NCBI RefSeq assembly: GCF_004010195.1 | Contig: NC_057719.1 | Coordinates: 77,379,339-77,443,338, forward strand | Length of the DNA stretch: 64,000 nucleotides | Direction: 5' to 3' | Source of the DNA: Chiloscyllium plagiosum | Lineage: Eukaryota | In this document: positions 38,050 to 51,889 of the stretch, in pieces | Numbering within the stretch: the stretch's first letter is position 1 | How the letters are laid out: every line of letters begins with the position of its first letter | Program-made: the position numbers and the translations under genes | Notes under the pieces: model-generated | Told to the model about the DNA's origin: nothing | The model's database searches: none | What the model saw: the letters and a program-made list of their open reading frames with translations, nothing else

Positions 38050-39012
38050 CTATACCACTGCTTTTTGTCATTTTTATAAATGACTTGGACGCAGGCATAG
38101 GTGGATGGATTAGTAAGTTTGCTGATGACACTAAAGTCAGTGGAGTAGTGGACAGTGTGGAAGAATGTTGCAGGTTGCAGGGGGACTTGGATAAACTGCA
38201 GAATTGGGCTGAGAGGTGACAAATGGAGTTCAATGCAGCTAAATGTGAGTTGATTCACTTTGGTAAGAATAACAGGAAGGCAGAATACTGGGTCAATGAA
38301 AAGATTCTTGGTAGTGTGGATGTGCAGAGGAATCTTGGAGTCCACGTACATAGATCCCTGAACATTGCCACCCACGTTGATAGTGATGTTAAGAAGCCAC
38401 ACGGTATGTTAAGTTTTATTGATAGAGGGATTGAGTTCTGGAGCCGTAATGTCATGCTGCAACTATACAAAATATTAGTGCAGCTGCACTTAGAATATTG
38501 TGTACAGTTCTGGTCGCCCCATTACAGGAAGGATGTGGAAACATTGGAAACGGTGCAGAGGAGATTTACCAAGATGTTGCCTGGTCTGGAGGGAAGGTCT
38601 TCTGAGGCAAGGCTGAGAGATTTGGGTCTGTTCTCATTGGAGAGAAGAAGGCTAAGAGGGGATTTGATAGAGACATACAAGAGGATCAGAGGATTAGATA
38701 GGGTAGAGAGTGAAAGTCTTTTTCCTAGGATGATGATGTCAGCTTATACGAGGGGGCAGAGCTACAAACTGAAGGGTGATAGATTTAAGACAGATATCAG
38801 AGCCAGGTTCTTTACTCAGAGAATTGTAAGGGCATGAAATGCCCTGCCTGCCAATGTAGTTAACTCAGCCACATTAGGGACATTTAAACAATCCTTGGAT
38901 AAGCACATGGATGATGACTGCATTGTGTTGGGGAATGGGCTTAGATTAGTTCGCAGGTCGGCGCAACATCGAGGGCCGAAGGGCCTGTTCTGTGCTGTAT
39001 TGTTCTATGTTC
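38050..39012 (+). mobile_element. CR1 LINE RT and 3' end
   Basis: PLLFVIFINDLD..ISKFADDTK; ORF 38223-38837 MEFNAAKCELIHFG..LEYCVQFWSPHYRKD. Confidence 0.95.
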
Positions 39013-39634
39013 CATATCTTAATCTATGTCAGCAGACTTTAATTTCAATCTGCAAGTAAATCTGTACTGAACAACCTAGCCTTTTTTACTTGCTGATTAT
39101 TTTGGACTTGTGATTTGCTTTCAGTGATTGTATTATTGGTGAAACCAACTCTTATTCTGTTATTTTGAGGAAGGTTTTTGCTTGGTTTTGATCTTCGTCA
39201 CAATTATGTAGGATTTATTGTGGAAGGTAAATAAATGAAGGTAAATATTCTAGTCTCTTCCAAAATACCTCAGCACTTTACATCACAACTGGATGACTTA
39301 ACTATTTGTTCACACTGCTATGCTCTGTTTCACACTGAGTTATATCAGTTATAGCATTGTCAGTTGATTCAGTTGGAGCGTGCTGCTCACTGGATCTCTC
39401 ATTGCTTGTATTTCTTCATAAGTCTTGCTGGATCCATAGTCTGAATTTTCTGTGGTGTTCATTGCATTGGGAACTATTTCTACCAAACCAGTACAGTCAC
39501 AGGTTCCCACCTTATTAAGCATATGAAACATTTTTTTTTCCTGCTAGTTACAAAACCCACAGAAGCTGCTGTTAGAATTAGAATTCAACCGATAACCCTG
39601 GAATATTAAGCTTTTCTCAGTAATGGCAGTCATT

Positions 39635-40220
39635 AATTTTTTCATTCATTGATAGGATGTGGACATCGCTGGCTAGCCAGCGTTTATTGCCCAACCCTCA
39701 TTGCCCTTGATAATGATCTGCTTCCTTGAACCACTACATTCCACATGGGTTGTCCCACAATGCTGTTAAGGAGAGGTTTCCAGAAGTTTGACCCAGAAAC
39801 AGTGAAGGAACGCGATAGATTTCCAAGTCAGAATGGTGAGTCGCTTGAAAGGGAACTTTCAGATGGTGGTGTCTCCATGTATGTACTGCCTCTTGTCCTC
39901 CTTGATGAAAGTGATCATGATTTTGGAAGGTGCTATCTAAGCATGTTTGCTGAATGTCTGCAATGAATCTTGTAACTACTACATACTGCTGTTCTTGGCG
40001 GAAGGAGTGGATGTTTGTGGATGTGCTGCTAATCAAGTAGGCTGCATTGTTCTGGATGGTGTCAAGATGCTGGAGTGTTGGTGGTACTGCACCCATCCAG
40101 GCAAGCAGGGAGTACTCCATCACACTCTTCACTTTTATCTTGTAGATGATGGACAGGCTTTAGGGAGTCAGGAGGTGAGTTACTCACCACAGCATTCCTA
40201 GCCTTTGACCTGCTCTTTTT
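39635..40220 (-). mobile_element. CR1/L2-clade LINE 3' end (donor of the SINE tail)
   Basis: SVMEYSLLAWMGA.P.TLQHLDTIQNNAAYLI. Confidence 0.75.
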
Positions 40221-43134
40221 GTAATGAACCTGTCTGGTTCATTAATGTTCTTTCGGGTAAAAAGTTGGCTAGCCTTCATATGACGCTGGGCCAGCAGCAA
40301 TGTGGTTGATACCTAACTGCCCTCTGGCCATTCACTCCAATTGTAATTAGGGATGAGCAACAATGCTGGTATTGCCAACGATGCCCACATTCAATAAAAT
40401 AAATAAATCAATAAAACTCCGTAGTCTTCTTGCACTCTCTCCCTTTCTTATGAAGGGCCAGTTTCCACACTGTTAGTAATCTAAAATCTAAATCTAATCT
40501 TTTATGAAGTATGCCAATTTCACAGTTCACCTGATTTTACAGCGTCAGACCAGTGCCCCACCCCCAAAATAATTGCGCAATTTCAGTATCTGAATGTTTA
40601 AAATAAGTGTTATTAAATCTTGTTGTCATTGCTGCTACTTGATTAACAATTGCAATATCTGGGCATATGACGGAGGGAGATTCAAATTACTGACCTTGAA
40701 GGGTGTTGGAGTCAGTGCTTAGGTTAGGAGCCTCAATTCCAGGGAATCCCTAGTTCTTATGGAAAACTTGGGAACCGAGCATGCAGACTAGATAAATCTC
40801 CAATGCTGCAGAAGAACTGTAATGAATCAGCCCTAATCTCACCACAGTCATTGCAGGGACCTTAGGCTAAGGAGAGGAAAATAAGACCTTGCTTCCAAAT
40901 GATTGTGTATTCAAGTCCTACTTCAGAGTCCTGAGGCCAAATGTCTTGACTGACACAACTGTGCAGTGCTGAGGGAGTGCTGCATTGTCAGAATGGCCTT
41001 CTTTCTCATTTGTTTCTGCTCTAAACAACAAGGCAATACAGAAGTATTGCTCTGGCTGTGGGGACAAAACACAAAATCAAAGTGAAGGCAAGGCAAAGCA
41101 AAGGTACTGTGAACATCTATGTCTGCTTAAAATGAGTAAGCATTAAGACAGCAAGGAAAAATTGCCAGGATGCACCGTAGTCCAACCCATGAACTGAGTG
41201 CTGGATTTTGCAAGCAAAGTGTCCTTGCAGCAACATTTCAATGAGAGGTGTTGCTATCGTCCAAAATGCAGCGTTCAAGTGCAGAACTGCATTGTATGTG
41301 GATCAGAGATGTACCATGATGATGCGGTGAGACTGATACATTTCAGGTGTCAATGCTCATGAATGGGGGTGTGTCCAGTGCTCTGAGGCAATGATGCCGT
41401 GTGTATAAAATGAAGGTGTGGAGGAGAAAGCAGCAAGCTGGACTCATCAGATAACCACTCTGACTCATGTGGGGAATTCCAAGCTTTAAGTTTCTATCTG
41501 GCAGGTGGGAGAATGGGAGCCTGCATGTTATTGAGATGTTAATGCATGCCAGTCAGCCTCCTACTTCTCACTAGCAAGAACCGGGTCTCACTGTTAAACA
41601 TTTGGCTGGAAAATGGGACTTCTTGTGATTGATGAACATCTCAACGTCTAGTCTCTATGGCTTGAGAGCTAGTACTGAGCAACCATCCTGTAAAAAATAA
41701 TGCACTGACGGAATAAAATAAATGAACATCATTTGCAAATGATTCATCCATTGATGTGACTGACCACTCAAATGCTTTGTTGAACTAGTCTGTTGTTAAT
41801 ATGTAACCGTGAAGGAGAAATTATTTTTAGATCCAAAAACCTGAAATATTCATGATGTAAACGTTGTTCCATTTTATGATGTCGTGTATTGACATTTGAT
41901 GGCTGGGGACCTCTGAATGCAAGAGTCAGTATTCTAATCCCAAAGTGCCACTTAGTCTCAGAAATGACACATCAAGTGAGTTTGCACTGTGAAATCAAAT
42001 ACGTACTTCAAATTTTCACATCATCTGGTGATTATACAATGCAACGCCTTTGGGTAATATTTGCCTGAAAAACCTAATTCACCAATTTTGGTGTTAATGC
42101 TATTTCTTATTTGAATGTTAAGCATCTGTATGTAATTATCCCACTTTAAAACTTAAGTGCCCCTGTCTTTTTGACAAAAGATTCATAACTCTTCATTATC
42201 TCCATGCCTATAGTTTTTGAAGGATTTCTTTTGCATTAAACAATATCATTGAATTGCTGATTGCTTGGTTCTCCTGCCTGCAGCAGTTATAATGTATTTT
42301 CATTAATGAGCTGCTGTGTGGACCTCAATTATCGAGGTTACTCAGCCAGAATGGTACAGTTACAGATTAAATTCTTTGGTTGGGATGTTGCCATTCTCAG
42401 GTACTTCTTGATGTTGGGTCCTGTTGTAAGTCTTGGGTCCAGGTGGGAGTGCAGCAATGTCGCAGTTACAAACTTCCTTGTGGCAGCCAATTAAGAAGTT
42501 GTTGCTGGAGCCAAAATCCAATTGACAACCACAGGCTTCTTCTCCACATTGCTGTGCCAATCAGAAAGTTAACTGCTCTGCATCTTCAGCAGCACCATCG
42601 GTAGTGGTGGCCATTGTTGGAACTGCAAAGGCAATGAGATGCTCCCATGTGAGGCACTTTACAAAGAAAACATCAAATTGCTTTGTATTCCCTGAGCTAG
42701 GTAGGCACATTGCTGCAGTGGGAAGTGTTGATCCTTTGTGATGGCATTGGGAACTCAGGATTGACCATCGCCACCAGATGTCTCCTTCTTCAGGGCATGA
42801 AATCCCTGAGAAACCAAGGCTAACCCCCATTTAGGAAGCAGCTTTGAGGCCACCTCTATCCAGCTGGCAATCTCTCCACGTGGTGGAAGACTACATGATT
42901 GACAGCAAACTGCTGAAGTCTCAGAAAGTGGTCATCAAGTGGCCTTTTCATTTTGTAAATTGGCTATGTGCCTCCAATCAGCCAATGGCCAAGCCATGGC
43001 CTTTTTCACTACTGGGAATATGCACTGGTGATGTAAACACATTTGGTTCCCTTGCCTGTGCCTATTGCCTCCATGGTCTTGATCATCCTGTTTCCTAGCC
43101 CATCTCCTCCAGTAAAGACCCAGCCCTCACATGC

Positions 43135-43450
43135 CAACAGTGGCTCAGTGGTTAGCACTGCTGCCTCACAGCACCAGGGTCCCGGTTCGATTCCAGCCTC
43201 GGGTGACTGTCTGTGTGGAGTTTGCACATTCTCCCTGTGTCTGTGTGGGTTTCCTCCGGGTGCTCCGGTTTCCTCCCACAGTCCAAAGATGTGCAGGTCA
43301 GGTGAATTGGCCATGCTAAATTGCCCCATAGTGTAAGGTCAATTAGTCAGAGGGAAATGGGTCTGGGTGGGTTCAGAGGGTAGGTGTGGACTTGTTGGGC
43401 CAAAGGGCCTGTTTCCACACAGTAGGGAATCTAACCTAATCTAATCTAAA
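43135..43450 (+). mobile_element. HE1-type tRNA-derived SINE
   Basis: tggctcagtggttagc A box, ggttcgattcc B box, tail ctaatctaatctaaa. Confidence 0.9.
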
Positions 43451-43749
43451 ATTGGTCTCAATCCCTCTGTGCTAGGGATTTACTTGGAAATATCAGCAAG
43501 CTTTCCGTCCTGATCACTGTCCAATGATCCAGCTTAAAAAAAATTCTTGAGTCGATTTTTCTTCGATTTTATCATGGAATGTGGAAAGAACAGCAGATTT
43601 CCTTCACTAAAGACAATTAATGTTAGCATTGCTGGTTTCATGGTCACTACTCCTGAGACTAGTTTTCAATTCCAGATATTTTCATTGTTCCCAGAACATT
43701 AGCTTGCATTACGGGACCAGTGACATTATCAGCACACCACCAGCTCCTC

Positions 43750-45312
43750 ATGGATTTGGGGAAAGTTGGGAAAACTATGTAGGTGGATAAATTCCTGGTC
43801 CTGACCAGATATATGCAAGAGGCTAGGAAAGAAATTGTGGGGGGCCTGTTTGATCGTTAACCACAGGTGAGGTCCCGGAAGACTTGAGAGTAGCCAATGT
43901 TGCGCCATTATGCTGGAAGGGCTGCAAAGGAAAGCCTGAGAACCATAGACCAGTAAGCTTAACATCTGTGGTGGGTAAGTTACATGAGAATATTCTGAGG
44001 GATAAGATATACATGCCTTTGGAAAGAAAGGGTTTGATTAGGAATAGTCAGCACGGCTTTTTGAGTGAGAGGTAATGCCTCACAAATTTGTTACATTTCT
44101 TTGATAAAGTGACCAGGAAGGTTGATGAGGGCAGGGCAATAAACATAGTCTCAGTAAGGCCTTTAATAAGGTTCCACATGGCAGGCTGCTCTGAAAGGTT
44201 AGATTGCATGGAATCCAGGGCGAGCTGGCAAATTGGATACACAATTAGCTTGATGGTAGGAAGCAGAGGGTAATAGTGGAAGGATGCTTGTCGGACTGGA
44301 GCCCTGTGATGAGTGGAGTGCCTAAGGAGTCGCTGCTGGGCCCATTACTGTTTGTTATCTATATCAATGATTTGGATGAGAATGTACAAGGCATGATTAG
44401 TAAGTTTGCTGATGACACTGAAATAGGCAGTATTGTGGACAGTGAGGAAGGTACTCAGAAACTGCAGCAGGACCTTGATCAGCTAGGAAAGTGGACCAAG
44501 AAATGGCAAATGGAGTTTAATATAGATAAGTGTGAGGACTTGCATTTTATAAAGTCAAATCAAGGTGGGAGTTTTATAGTGAATGGTAGGGCCTTAAGTA
44601 GTGTTGTGGAACAGAGAGACCTTAGAGTTCAGGTTCACAGTTCTCTGAAAGTGGCATCGTAAGTAGACAGGACAGTAGAAGAAGGCTTTTGGCACACTGG
44701 CCTTCATCAGTCAGGGCACTAAGTATAAAAGTTGGGAAGTTATGTTGCAGTTACAGGTTCGGCCGCCCTTGGAGTATTGTGTTCAGTTTTGGTCACCTTG
44801 CTCTAGGAAGGATGGTATTAAACTGGAAAGAGTGCAGAAAAAATTTACAAGGATGTTGCCTGGACTCAATGGTCAGAGTTATAGGGACAGGTTAGACAAG
44901 CGAGGACTTTTTTTTCTATAGAGCATAGGCAACTAAGGAAGGACCTTATAGAAGTGCATAAGATCATGAGAGACATGGATAGGTGAATGCACTCAGTCTT
45001 TTTCTCAGGGTTGGGGAATCAAAGGCTGGAGGGCATCAGTTTAAGGTTACAGGGGAAAGAATGAAAGGGGACCTGAGGGACAACTTTATTTACACAGAGG
45101 GTGGTACACATATGGACTGAGCTGCCAGCAGAAGTGGTTGAGGCGGGTACGTTAACAACGTTTGAAAGACATTTGGACAAATTCATGGATAGAAAAGGAT
45201 TAGAAGGAGTGCAGGGAAATGGGGTTAATGTGGACAGACAGTTTGGTGAGCATGGACCAGTTTGGGCCAAAGGGCCTGAGCCTGTGTTGTGGGACTGTAT
45301 GACTCTCTATGA
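43750..45312 (+). mobile_element. CR1 LINE RT and 3' end
   Basis: [41 protein letters not shown]; tail atgactctctatga. Confidence 0.95.
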
Positions 45313-46199
45313 GATGAATATTTGTATGAAAGAGTTACATTATTGCAGTGCTAAAGGACAGCTGATACTGTCAACTGTGTTACACTAACACTCAGTGCCT
45401 TTAAGAGAGAAGTGATCAAACTTGTGAGATGGAAAATGTCAAAAAGAAATTTGGGAGTGTTGGCAAATGTTTGTTAAATGTCAGTTATTAAACGCATTAC
45501 AACAAAAATAATATTGTTCTCCTTCCAAACCACAGTAGGTTTAAAATAGTTCTGCATGTACTGTATACTGTGCCCATTCAACCAGAAACTTAAACACATC
45601 AACAAGAGATGTAGGAAGGCTTGCCCTTTAGTCAACTTTATGAGAGAAATCAAACCCTTCTGCATTGCTTTTCTTTGATTCTCACCAATCTGCTATTTGT
45701 TCTTATGGGTTGTCAGTTCTGGTTGTAGGTAAGTATGATTAAACATTCCAACTCAAACACTCTGCATCTGATCAAACATCTCTTTGTCCAACTTGCAATA
45801 CTGAATCATTGAATGGTTATAACTCAAAGGAGGCCATTTTGCCCATCGGTGTATGGCAGCTGCCGATAAGATTAATTTAACTGGTTGCACTCCCTCACCC
45901 TTTCCCCAAGGGTTTATAATTTCCTATTTTTAGTTGATTATGCATTTTCCTTTTTAGAGTAACAATTGAATCTCTTGCACAACACATTCCAGACAATGAC
46001 AAATCATTGACATTCCTTACAGCATCTATGCTTGATTTGTCAATCACTTTAAATCCATTTCCCCTTATTCTTGAGCCCTCCACCAATGAAAACAACTTCT
46101 CTCCGTCTATTGCGTCTGACCCCATGGCCATAATGGCAGCAGCTGGTGATGACCAGAGGGAGATTGAGGGGGTAAAAATTGGTCACCTCAAGGTAATCA

Positions 46200-46735
46200 T
46201 GCCAATTTACCTGAGTATTGTGCACAGTTTTAGTCCCTTTATTAGAGGAAAGATGTAGTGGTATTGGAGGCAATTCAGAGGAGTTTCACTAGATTGATTC
46301 CAGAGGTGAGGGGTTTGTCGTATGAAGAGAGATTGAACAGTTTAGGCCTATACTCTCTGGAATTTAGAATAATGAGCTCCTCAAGATGATAAAAGGTGTG
46401 GATAAAATAGACATGGAGCAGGCGCTTCCTCTTGTGGGGGATTCTAGGATGAGAAGTCATAGTCTTAGGATAAGGGGTAACAAATTTAAAACAGAGGTGA
46501 GGAGAAACTACTTCTCCCAAAGGTTGTGAATCCATGGAATTCACTATCCCAAGGTGCGGTGGATCTTGGAACGTGAGTAAATTTAAGGAGGAGTTAAACC
46601 GATGTTTAATTGGTAATGGGCTGAAGGGATATTGAGAGAAGGCAGGAAAATGGGGGTGACGAGCATTTCAGCCATGATCGAATGGTGGAGCAGCCAAATG
46701 GCCTAATGCTGCTCCGATATCTTATGAACTTATGA
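46200..46735 (+). mobile_element. CR1 LINE 3' end
   Basis: EYCAQF..LEAIQRSFTRLIP; tail cttatgaacttatgaa. Confidence 0.85.
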
Positions 46736-47219
46736 ATTCACCTTGGTCCAGTTCAGAAATGGCAATGGAAGAGACAACTTATTTTCTCCTTAATCTAAGC
46801 ATTATTTTATCACAGTGTTTTACTTTTAATATCATCTGTAGATAGATTTTTATGTTTTTTTAAGGAGGATGTTGAAGGTAAATAACATAAGTGCAATATT
46901 CCCTCTAGTCTATGCCAATGGTTTGCCTTTTATTATTACACTGAATACATTATCTGTTTTAGAGGAACCATAAGATAACTGCCTAGCTCTCAACGTTGTT
47001 TCCTGCACAATCCATGCTCAGAGATATCTGCGATAACATTAATTCAAACTGAACAGTGAGTACTGCTGTAATGAACATGCAGCACTAAACCTGGCTATTA
47101 TTTAGCACTAATTAGCAACATATCTCAGACATACTGTAATTGTGTCTGGTGTGAGAAATGGAAATGTTCATCAAAGATATCATGAATGCAGGCATTCTCA
47201 GTGTTATACTCAGATGAGG

Positions 47220-47420
47220 ACTGGTAACTTAGTTTGCTGGATGGCTAGGTTGTACTACAGAGTGGCACTAATGTGTGGATTCAATTCCTGTACTGGCTGA
47301 GGTTACTGTGCAGGTCTTTCTTTCTTGACCTCTCCCCTTGCCTAAGGCACAATAACCCTGAGGTTAAACCATCACCAATTGTCTGTCCCTAATTACAGAG
47401 CAGCCCAAGCTCCTTTACTC
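47220..47420 (+). mobile_element. tRNA-derived SINE, third family (also 50545-50665 and 51425-51610)
   Basis: ttcaattcctgtactggctgaggtt...ccctgaggttaaaccatcacca shared among copies. Confidence 0.6.
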
Positions 47421-47749
47421 AGTCATCACAACAAGAGATCCCATAGTCAATTCTAGATTTGAGTCTACCTTGGAGATCTGAGGCGGGGGCAGCTTCTGGA
47501 GAGTCTCAGTTGGCTTCAGTGCCTTTGGGCTCTGGAAGGATATTTCATTCAGGTTCTTTTGGTGCCATCTGTTTTTCCTTGATTGGAAATACACCTGTTT
47601 GTGTGCATGCTCTCTTCTCTACAACTGTAGCATTGCTGAACACAGAGTCTACAACAGCTTGCGATTTTCTTGTATTTTATATATGGAAATTACATTATTC
47701 ATAATCAGGCTCTGTTGTGACCTCAGCAAAAGTGGACTTCTACTCTACT

Positions 47750-49256
47750 AGAGAGCAGAGTGTGATTCTGGAGTGCACCTTGAGGTATCAGAGAGCAGGG
47801 TGAGGCAGCAGAGAACATGGTGTGGTATCAGAGAGCAATGTGACGTATCAAAGAGTGAATAAAATACTGCAGAGCAGGATGAGGTATCAGAGAACTGGGT
47901 CACATCCTGGAGAGCATGAGATCTTGGAAAGCAAGCTGAGGAGTCAAAGGACAGGGTGAGGTATTGGAGAGCATGGTAAACTATTGGAGAGTAGGATGAG
48001 GTATTGGAGAGCATGGTAAAATATTGGAGAGTAGGGTGAGGTATTGGAGAGCATGGTAAACTATTGGAGAGTAGGGTGAGGTATTGGAGAGCATGGTAAA
48101 ATATTGGAGAGTAGGGTGAGGTATTGGAGAGCATGGTAAACTATTGGAGAGTAAGGTGAGGTATTGGAGAGCATGGTAAAATATTGGAGAGTAGGGTGAG
48201 GTATTGGAGAGCATGGTAAAATATTGGAGAGTAGGGTGAGGTATTGGAGAGCATGGTAAAATATTGGAGAGTAGGGTGAGGTATTGGAGAGCATGGTAAA
48301 ATATTGGAGAGTAGGGTGAGGTATTGGAGAGCATGGTAAAATATTGGAGAGTAGGGTGAGGTATTGGAGAGCATGGTAAAATATTGGAGAGTAGGGTGAG
48401 GTATTGGAGAGCATGGTAAAATATTGGAGAGTAGGGTGAGGTATTGGAGAGCATGGTAAAATATTGGAGAGTAGGGTGAGGTATTGGAGAGCATGGTAAA
48501 ATATTGGAGAGTAGGGTGAGGTATTGGAGAGCATGGTAAAATATTGGAGAGTAGGGTGAGGTATTGGAGAGCATGGTAAAATATTGGAGAGTAGGGTGAG
48601 GTATTGGAGAGCATGGTAAAATATTGGAGAGTAGGGTGAGGTATTGGAGAGCATGGTAAAATATTGGAGAGTAGGGTGAGGTATTNNNNNNNNNNNNNNN
48701 NNNNNNNNNNNNNNNNNNNNNNNNNNNNNNNNNNNNNNNNNNNNNNNNNNNNNNNNNNNNNNNNNNNNNNNNNNNNNNNNNNNNNNNNNNNNNNNNNNNN
48801 NNNNNNNNNNNNNNNNNNNNNNNNNNNNNNNNNNNNNNNNNNNNNNNNNNNNNNNNNNNNNNNNNNNNNNNNNNNNNNNNNNNNNNNNNNNNNNNNNNNN
48901 NNNNNNNNNNNAAGGACAGGGTGAGGTATTGGAGAGCATGGTAAACTATTGGAGAGTAGGATGAGGTATTGGAGAGCATGGTAAAATATTGGAGAGTAGG
49001 GTGAGGTATTGGAGAGCATGGTAAAATATTGAAGAGTATGGTGAGGTATTGGAGAGCATGGTAAACTATTGGAGAGCAAGGTGAGATATCAAAGAGCATT
49101 GTAAGTTATTGAAGGACAGTGTAAGGTAATTGGAAAGGATGGTAAGGTATTGGAGAGCAAGGTGAGATATCAAAGAGCATGGTAAGATATTGGAGAGTAG
49201 GGTGAGGTATTGGAGAGTACGGTAAAACACTAGAGAGCATGGTAAAATACTGGAGA
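47750..49256 (+). repeat. 40-bp satellite (gtattggagagcatggtaaaatattggagagtagggtgag) built from two 20-bp subunits; contains N-gap 48686-48911
   Basis: Direct tandem periodicity; homogeneous core and degenerate edges. Confidence 0.97.
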
Positions 49257-50685
49257 TTTGTCAGTTCCCAAAGAATTGAAGTTCAACAAGAGTTAGCATC
49301 TTCAGGACAGGAATTGTGAAAGGCTTTCTGGTGCATTTGAGTTGCTATTGGACTTTTAGGCACATAGTTAATGAGCAGTAGAAGAAGCTTTACATTGTAT
49401 CTGCCCTATAGCTGACCTTAGAGTCTTTGATGCTGACTATGGTTGACAGTCACAGAAAATTGGCTCCACTTTACAGCAGTGACATCTTTGTACTGAGTAA
49501 CTGCTAGCAGCTGAGTTAAGAATGTCTAAAATTGTCATTTCATTTACAGTTGTCAGAGTGCAGTATTTTTTGCTGTACTTGAAGCTGAATTCAGGTCTCT
49601 GAGATGAAAGGACAGTTACTGGTTGCTCAGTGTTATTAGGATAAGCACTGGCATTCTTCAGTCAGAATAAGTGCAGCAAAATGATAACCGATGAGATATG
49701 AGATTAGGAGAGCAATACATTGGGGACCCATTAGATAAAATAATTACCCAACATGTAGGCATGACAAACAACATAATGTTCAATCTGTTTATTATTACTA
49801 ATGTATTAATATTGTGTCTTAAGTAAGTACCAGCAGTGGTGTATTGTATGAATTTGGAATAGATCCCAAAATGGTAACATAAATAAAATGGATGTGCCCT
49901 CGAAATAAGCAGTGACAACAGGGTTTTGCTCTTGCCAAAAGATGTGACAAAAATTATTAGTTCCATAAATACGTCAGAGGCTCTTTTAATTGGATTGCTT
50001 GGATCTCCTGTTCATTAGTAACAGGGTGGTTGCCAAGGAAACATGTACGGTTTCAGATGATTTTCAGAGTGAGTGAACAAACAGGAGACAATTACGAAAG
50101 TTTAAATGGTGAAAACAGAATGGAAATACTTGTGTAAAATGAAAGCTTGAATTTTAATCATAAGCAGTAAGCCTGGTGTTTGGGGGTGTTTAGCAGACTG
50201 AAGAGAAGGGCAGATAAGGCAGGCAGTGCAAGGAGGTGAAGTGTAGGTGGCTCAGTTGGAGAGGAGGTGAAAGAGTAGACAAGTAGGTGAGGAGGAGTGG
50301 AGTAAAGTGGTACACAGATCAGATGAGGATGGTGGATGAGGGGGAATTTATTGCTCAGCATTTATGGCTCAGGGGATTTCAACTCCCACATCCCATTTTC
50401 AGATGATGCCTGGCTGCCAACCTCATTGTGATAGGTAACTGCACAGGCCACCCATTTCCCCAGCACTGAGGCCAACTGACAGTGGAACACTCACCTCAAA
50501 GCAAATTTGCATTTCCTGTTTTCATGGCCTAGGGATAACACTGTTTCTATTTCGCAATGCAATGCAGAGTGATGCCAACACCTTGAGTTCAGTCCCCACA
50601 CTACCTGAGGCTGCCACAAAGGACTCTCCTTCTCAATCTCTCCCCTTGTCTGAAGTATGGTGACAGCTGGTTGGACGTGACAAAA

Positions 50686-51390
50686 ATTATTTGATTTGAT
50701 TTGATTTGTTATAGTTGAAGTGCAGTGAAAAGCTTTGTTTTGTAAGCAGTACAGGTAGATCATAGCAAACAAGGACATACAGATGCTTAGACAGAGCCTT
50801 AATAACTACCGCCCAATGGCCGTGACCTCCATAATCATGAAGTGCTTCGAGAGGCTGATCATGGCCCACATCAACTCCAATCTCTCAGCCTGCCTTGATC
50901 CGCTGCAATTTGCCTACTGATGTCATAGGTCCACAGAGGATGCCACTTCTGTAGCCCTACTCTCATCCCTGGAACATCTGACTACAGCTCCGCCTTCAAC
51001 ACCATTAACCCCTCCAGACTGATCTCAAAACTCTGAGACCAGAGGTCCTGGCTCCACCCTCTCCAACTGGATCCTCAGCTTCCTGACCTACAGACTGCAA
51101 TCAGTGAAAATAGACAACTGCACTTTCTCCATGATATCCCTCAACACTAGCATCCCGCAAGGATATGTTCTCAGCCCCCTACCGTGCTCCCTAACCACCC
51201 ACGACTGCATAGCCAAATTCCTTACAAACGTCATCTACAAGTTTACTGATGACACCACCGAGGTATGTTTGGATATAAAAAACAATGAGTCAGAATACAG
51301 GAAGGAGATAGAGTGCTTGGTGTCATGATGCAATGATAACCTCTCTCTCAATGTCGGCAAAACAAAAGTATGATCATTGACTTTGGGAAG
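50686..51390. mobile_element. Rex1/Babar-like element: 3' tail on minus (50686-50780), RT fragment on plus (50800-51390)
   Basis: (tttga)n tail; [22 protein letters not shown] and YKFTDDTT motifs. Confidence 0.85.
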
Positions 51391-51889
51391 AAGTTTCACA
51401 AGTGGACTAACGTGGATTTGAACCCATGCAGTGTGGACTAATGCCAACAGCATGGGTTCAGTTCCTGTCCAGCTGAAGTTGCCATGATGGGTTATCCTTC
51501 ACAACCTCTTACCTGAGGCATGGTGAAGGTCAGGTTAAACCACAGCCAGTTAACTCTGTCTCTAATGAGAGAGCCATCTTGTGGTCTGTTAAGACTGTAG
51601 CAACTTCACCTTTTGTTTCATTTTATCGTCATAGAATACTTTTTGATAGGTGTCCAAATGCACCACTAACTGTATTAAGATCATTTAAAGCCCTCATTAA
51701 CAAATTGAAGTAAGGTCCTACATTCAATGTCATCCCTTTAATTTAGGTGAAACTCCTAGTGCTAAATAGCAGGAAGGACCTTTTGAAAGTGATTTTTTTT
51801 AAAAGGTTCATCCACTGCATACAAATTAGTTGCAGATTCTTAAATTTAAGGCTGAGGGTCAACTTTTGCAATTTATTGCCTGGAGCCAA

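Noticed and set aside
42780..43030. Further Harbinger transposase N-terminal remnants (also 63150-63320)
   Set aside because: Only one short motif each (e.g. AMAFFTTG); too decayed to call
43135..43200. tRNA gene
   Set aside because: A/B boxes belong to a SINE head that continues into SINE body and LINE tail; same at 35820-35890 and 62163-62230
47950..48685. CRISPR-like regular repeat
   Set aside because: No unique spacers, eukaryotic context and no cas genes; it is a plain tandem satellite (the same applies to 17890-18150)
47748..49099. Long repetitive ORFs (292-372 aa) on the minus strand
   Set aside because: Artefacts of a stop-free 40-bp satellite read through an N-gap; open in all three frames
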